Below are positions 58,030 to 64,000 of a stretch of 64,000 nt of DNA, in pieces (the first letter of the stretch is position 1; every line of letters begins with the position of its first letter). The notes below the pieces were generated by a model, which worked only from the letters and a program-made list of their open reading frames with translations, had not been told where the DNA came from and searched no databases. Source of the stretch: the human T2T-CHM13v2.0 reference genome, Homo sapiens. Location: NCBI RefSeq assembly GCF_009914755.1, contig NC_060937.1, one strand, 5' to 3'. A program made the position numbers and the translations under genes.

Positions 58030-59089
58030 TACATTGCTGTTGAGAGCATAAAATGGTAAATCCATTCTAGAAAGTAACTTGGAAGCCTCTTTACAAAACT
58101 AAAATAGTAACTGCTATATGACCTAGCAATTGCATTCTTAGGCTATTATACTAGAGAAATGAAAACTTACATAATAGCCTGTTTACAAATTTGTATAACA
58201 TTTTTATTATGCACATAAAAGCCCCAAACTGGAAACTTAATATATTATTCAATGGCTGAATAATTGAATTATCATATGCCCATACCTCAAAATACTACTC
58301 AGCAATAAAAAGGAATAAACTCTTGATGGATCTAGGTGAATCTCCAGAGAATTATGCTGAGTGAAACAGCTAATCACAAAAGTTTACCCACTGTATGATT
58401 GTGTGACTCCCATCTAAATAACATTCTTGAATGAAAAATTATAGAAATGGAAAAGAGATTATTAGTTGCCATGGATAATGGGTAGAGGCAGGAGGGATGT
58501 ATGTGTGGCTACTTAATGGTAACAAGAGGGATGCTGTGAGGGTGGAATGTTCTGTATCTTTACTGCAACAATGTAAAAGTCCTGGTTGTGATATTGGACT
58601 ATAGTTTTGTAAGATATTACTACTAGGGGAAATTAAGTAAAGGGTACAGGTGATTTCTCTGCATTATTTATTACAACTGTATATCAATCTACAGTTATTT
58701 CAGAACAAAATGTTTATTAGAATAATATCAACAGATGTCTTAAACTGGTAATGAATTAAGACATATTAAAAATGGGCTTGACTCCTGAGCCAAAATCTTC
58801 TACTTCCTTCAATTCTCTTTAATAAATGACTTTAAATGAGAGTAACTGAGGCAAGTTGAATGAATAATAGGATTATTAAATACAAAATGAAAAAGCAAAA
58901 CAACATAACCAAGTAAATGGTTTCAAACAAATTTTAAAAAGGGATGGCTGAGAGAAGAATAAGTAAAAGTCAAGAGTGATGAAGAGAAGAAAAAAGAAAC
59001 ACAAAAACATGTGAGAATAAATATAAATGTTGAATACCTGAGTATTTATGAAACGGTTGTTTTATTATAATAGTTTCCTTAAAATGAAA

Positions 59090-61170
59090 TGTCATGCAGT
59101 ATGTTGTGGTTACCACAGGGATTACAATTAGCATATTAAGTTTATAAAACTCTACTTAGAATTGATACCTACTTAGTTTTAATTGCATACAAAAATTCTA
59201 CTCTTATTCCTGTCTCTCCTCCTCATTAGGTTGTCACAGCCACAACTACATTTTATAAATTTCGTACCCATTAACATAGATTTGTAATTATTGTATTTGT
59301 AATTCTTTGTTATTATTGATTTGTATTCATTTTTAAAAATCATGTAGGAACCAAAAGAGACTGAAAAACAAAAGATACATTAGTATATTAACCAGTTTAG
59401 ATTTATGGCTATGTATTTAACTTTACTGAAGATTTTTATTTCTTTTTATGAGTCAAGATACTGTCTAGTGTCCTTTCATTTCAGCCTGAAGAACTCCCTT
59501 TAGCAATTTTTGTAGCATAGGTTTGCTAGAAACTGCCAAACTTGGCTTGTGTTAATCTTGGAGTATCCAAGATATTCCAATATATTATTAATTTTGCCTT
59601 CATTTTTGAAAGATAGTTTGGCTGTAAATAAAATTCCAGGTTTACATAATTTATTTTTACTGTACTTTAAAAAGGTCATCCCATTCTTCTGGTCTCCATG
59701 GATTCTGATACAAATATGTTGTTAATCTTATTAAGGATTCCTGTCTGTGATGAGTTGCTCTCTCTTGCTGCTTTCAAGATTTTTACAGTATGTCTTGGTG
59801 TGGATCTCTTTGCATTAATCTGGGGTTCCTTGAGCTTCTTTATGTTTAGATTTGTGTCTTTTGTCAAATTTAGAAAGTTGTTCTTCATTATTTCTTTAAA
59901 TATTCTTTCATCACCTGTTTCTGTCTCCTACCTTTGTTTCTATTATGCATTTATCAGCCTGCTTGTTAGTTTCCCAGACATCCCTTAGGCTCTATTGAGT
60001 TTTCTTCATTTTTTATTTCTATCTGCTCCTCAGACTGGATAATTTCAATTGGCTTCTATTGAGATCCACTGATTATTTCTTTATCTGCTCAAATCCACTA
60101 TTGAAACACTCCAGTGAGTTTTTATTTCATTTACTGTACTTTTTAGCACCAGAAATTTTGTTTAGTTTATTTTTATAGGTTCCATCATTTTGTAAAATTT
60201 TCTGTATTTATATATGCATAATTCCCCAACTTTCTTTAGCTTTCTTTCCATGGTTTCTTTCAGCTTGCTGAAAATATTTAAGATAATTGGTTTAAAGTCT
60301 TTGTCTAGTAAGCCCAATGTGTGTGCTTCTTTTGGGGCAGGTTCTGTTAATGTCTTTCTTCAATAACACATACTTTCTTGTTTCTTTGCATCTTTTATAA
60401 TTTTTTGCTAAAAATTGAACATTTTGAATATTATAATGTGGTTACTCTGAAAATCTCATTCTCCTTCACGTTTTTTCTTTTTTCTTTTTTTTTTTTACTC
60501 CTTGCTATGGACTGTATCTATATGGTTATTTAGTGACTTTTCTAAATTATTTGGTAAGATCTGTCTGTCATATGTTGTCTCTGAAATCTCTGTCTATTCC
60601 ATTTTTGTGCATCTAGTGTTTGGCAGAGTTTTTCTTGAATGCCAGAAGCAGAGAGAGAAAGAAGGAAGGGAGGTGGTGGTAGAAGAGGGAAGGTACAAAT
60701 ATAAAATAAAAGTAAGAGAGAGAAAAAGAAAAGGAAAACCCTTCTCCCATTCTTTGTACATTGGTCCCTTGCTGGGGGTGGTGGTAGGATACTCCTTCAG
60801 TGCTTAGCCAGATGGTTGTATGTTCTGCTTTGACACTTACTTCCTGCTTGCCTTAAGCCTAGTGATTATCTGAAAGTGAAAGCTTAAGGTCTTGGTGGGT
60901 ATTTTCTGACCATGTGTCCTGTCTTGGGCATGTATACAGCTTTCTAAATTCCTTAGTATGCACAGACAGTTTTGATTGCCCTAATTTCACAAATATATTG
61001 TCTTCCTTGATTTTCCTCCTAGATTTTAGGTGCTCTATTTTTGGCCTCAATTTTAATCTCTTGCTCCGAGTAATCACAGCCTTTTCATTTACCTACAATG
61101 TTTATAAGAAATGCCCACTGTTTTTCCCTCCTGAGTTCCACGGTAGGAGAAACAAAGACAAACATCTTGC
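59090..61170 (-). mobile_element. Old L1M 5' UTR/ORF1 region
   Basis: ORF 59676-59888 (-) encodes NFLNLTKDTNLNIKKLKEPQINAKRSTPRHTVKILKAARE (L1 ORF1p-like). Confidence 0.8.
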
Positions 61171-61489
61171 CATGTAGGGAATGGTAACAGGAATTAAAAA
61201 ACAAACAAACAAACAAAAAAAACAAATAAGAGATCTTTGTTGCCAAGTATATTTCACCACTTAGAGAAGGCATTAAATGAGTCACAATTTTCAGGCTAAT
61301 GATGTTGGGGAGTTATAATCTTAGTTGTGATGCTGGCGGGAGAAGAACACACAGTTACTGATATTCTTTTTCTATTTAGTCTTGAAAAGCATTTACTTAA
61401 AGCTTTTTTAATCTTTGATCTTTTTTCTGTAGAAAATTAAGGCCTTGGATATATAATATATACATGTATTTTAAAAATTTCCTGTAATT

Positions 61490-61635
61490 TTCATGTACAT
61501 TGCATTTTCTGCATTGACAACAACCTTGTTAGAAACATTAATATGCCTTTTTAATTGAATCATCAGGAGACTTAGCTAAAGTTTCAAAGTAAAAAAGTAA
61601 CAGAGTTAGGATTCAAACCTGAACTTTCTGATTTA
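61490..61635 (-). mobile_element. MIR fragment
   Basis: agtaacagagttaggattcaaacctgaactttctga. Confidence 0.55.
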
Positions 61636-62190
61636 TCAGGGTTCCCTTCCAATATTTCAGTAATACTCTGTAGAAAATAATTTAGGTTGTTTTTGATTGT
61701 TTTTGAACCCTTAGTTTGAATTGTATCAGTTTTTAGTGGACAATCACATTCCTCGTGTTAGTTTTAAAAATTCTAGGTAGTGATGAAAATCAAACCAGAA
61801 TTCAACAAATGAAGTTTCTGCTGAAAGAAAGATTTGGACTTAAGTCAGTTATGTACTCAAGTCACTTCGGTCTTGAAATATTTAGCCTTTAATGTTGCTT
61901 TGAACTACAAAGCACTGTGTTTCCCATTTCATTATTTTTATTGGTCAGTACTTCAAATATTTGGCTAGGATAAACTATTCTCCAATTACTATTTAAAGTA
62001 TGTTAAAAGAAGTTCAGGTTTTATGGAAAAAATAATTTGTAGAAACTCCATCAAGTAACTAATATATATGCATTGCTGTAAGATGGTAATTCATTCACAT
62101 TTGTTTTAATTTTCTTCTACTTCCTGCCTGCTACTTAATCACATAAATGTCAGTGCTTCTGAAATATTTAGACTATGGTCTAGAGGTTAT

Positions 62191-62499
62191 TAGTCGTGCA
62201 TCACATAATGACATTTTGGTCAACAATACCTTATTTTTACTACACCTTTTCTAAGTTTAGATATGCTTACACATGCAAATACTTACCATTGTGTTACAGT
62301 CCCCCACAGTATTGAGTAGATAACATGCTGTACAGGTTTGTAGCCCAGGAGCAATAGGCTATGCCATATGGCCTAGGTCTGTAATAGGCTATACCATGTT
62401 GGTTTGTGTAAGTACACTATAGGATGTTTGCACAATGATGAAATCACCTAATGATGCATTTTTCAAAATATATGCCTGTTGTTAAGCAATGCATGGCTG
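62191..62499 (+). mobile_element. Tigger3a (MER7A) MITE with a small internal deletion
   Basis: tagtcgtgcatcacataatgacattttggtcaac...catgctgtacaggtttgtagcccaggagcaataggctat...gttaagcaatgcatggctg. Confidence 0.9.
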
Positions 62500-63975
62500 T
62501 GTATGCATCTAGTAGGCATAAAATGACTACTGATCCCCTGTATTTTATGTCATATGTATTGATTTTTCTTTCCAAAAAACCCAAAACACAAAGAAACTCT
62601 ACTTCAATGTTAATTTCTACTTAAAAGTAGTTGAGAACATTCTTCATACCATAAGGCACAGGGCATAAATATTTTTTATATGCAAAAGATATGGTTTAAT
62701 TATTATGAACTGGTATTCATTAAGATAATTTTTCATATAATTTTAATACTGCTTATTATTTAAAGAAATATTTGTTTGTTCTGGAAGACATTATCAAAAG
62801 TTTAGTAGGCCAGAATTAAATCCTATATAGCAAGCATATTCATCACTTTTCTGGGATCATATATTATAGTTAAATCATCCTGAGAAATGAGCTAGAAAAT
62901 CTCTGAAAATTAAAAAATTTATAGGACTTCCATTAAATATTTTAGTAATATGATGATAATAGATAATTTCAGTAAATTAAAATTTTTCTTTCTCTCTTTG
63001 TCCCTTTTATATTCACATGTATATACATTCTTGTACCAAGCTTATTGTTAGAAGATCACTGGTAAGATTCATGTGGGTATTATGGATAAATCCTAATTCA
63101 CCATGGTGTTCTCTAAGAATACATACACAAGAGAAAAGGTGAAAATTACAAAGAATTTTATTAATATGTAAGCAAGTGTCTAATATTCTGTAATTTATGA
63201 CTTTCCAGTAAATTTAAATTGAGAAAAGAGCTTAGACTCTTAAGCATCAGAGCTTCTACTTATTACCCTTAGTCAAACAGTGAAACCACACACTCGGACA
63301 AAGGGAAGAGAGGAATGGTTAGACACTCTTAGTGGCCCCAAAATTCCCGCTTTTCTAGCCATATGAATTGTAAAAGAAGAATGGTGACTACCTGACCCAA
63401 CAGGCCAGCACTTGCCTATATCTGAGTCAGAAAGTTCAAAGGAGAGAGAGGATTGCTGGATTCCCGCCTTTCAGATATAGTAACCCTTAACATTAATGCA
63501 ATATTACACTATGAATGTCTTTGGCTTTGATACATTAAAATAGGAGTTCCTCTTCCCTATTGAATGAGTTAGGAATAGTTGTAGGAATTACCCTTATAGT
63601 GAAAGAGGGATTTAAAAAACTTTCATTAATGCTTAATACAAGACAAGAATGTAATATTTCTCTGAATGAATTTGGGCAAAAAGGCATTTGAAAAGAAATT
63701 GATTTCAAAAGAAACAAACCCTACTGATATGTGTTTTCATTAATAGCAATATTTTCAAATATTATAACATTGTAAGTTTATAAATTGTGATATTAAAATT
63801 ATTCAAGAGATCATAATTTCTTTGTCATTAGATTCAGCTATACTGTGTATGCCTATAGTAGGTATAAAATGATGAATAATTCCCTTTATCTTATTCATAT
63901 ATATTGACTTTTCTTTCCCAAAAACCTGAAACCACAAGAAACTGGATTTCAATATTAATTTCTACTTAAAGTAGT
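62500..63975 (+). repeat. Diverged direct repeat of about 130 bp: copies at 62500-62631 and 63846-63975
   Basis: Manual alignment gives roughly 80% identity, offset 1346 bp. Confidence 0.85.
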
Positions 63976-64000
63976 AAAAATCTATAATTTATTCTTATAT

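Noticed and set aside
63045-63125. 10-11 nt AG...GT micro-exon-like intervals on both strands
   Set aside because: The lengths do not preserve frame and the signals are too short to distinguish from chance.

Overview
AT-rich, CpG-poor primate genomic DNA. It is catarrhine and most likely human, because it carries AluJ/S elements, an L1PA 3' end and a MER11 (HML-8) LTR. I find no recognisable protein-coding exon, RNA gene, CpG island or CRISPR array, so this looks like a gene desert or the inside of a very large intron. Every ORF with recognisable homology comes from a transposon: L1 ORF1/ORF2 remnants, Tigger1 transposase or Alu antisense frames. Roughly half of the window is interspersed repeat: 10 Alus and one FLAM, several L1, L2 and MIR fragments, a full-length Tigger1, smaller DNA transposons (Tigger3a x2, Tigger2a, MER44, MER33, MER1B) and solo LTRs (MLT2B, MER11C, MLT1, LTR33, MSTB, an ERVL-type LTR). 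The most unusual structures are (1) a fold-back inversion and deletion scar inside an MSTB LTR at about 37.7 kb, (2) an unexplained diverged direct repeat of about 130 bp, 1346 bp apart, at the window end, (3) an AT-rich minisatellite whose unit holds a perfect 22-bp palindrome, and (4) nested DNA transposons. I cannot support a new biological system from the sequence. Subfamily names come from recalled consensus sequences and need RepeatMasker/Dfam confirmation.
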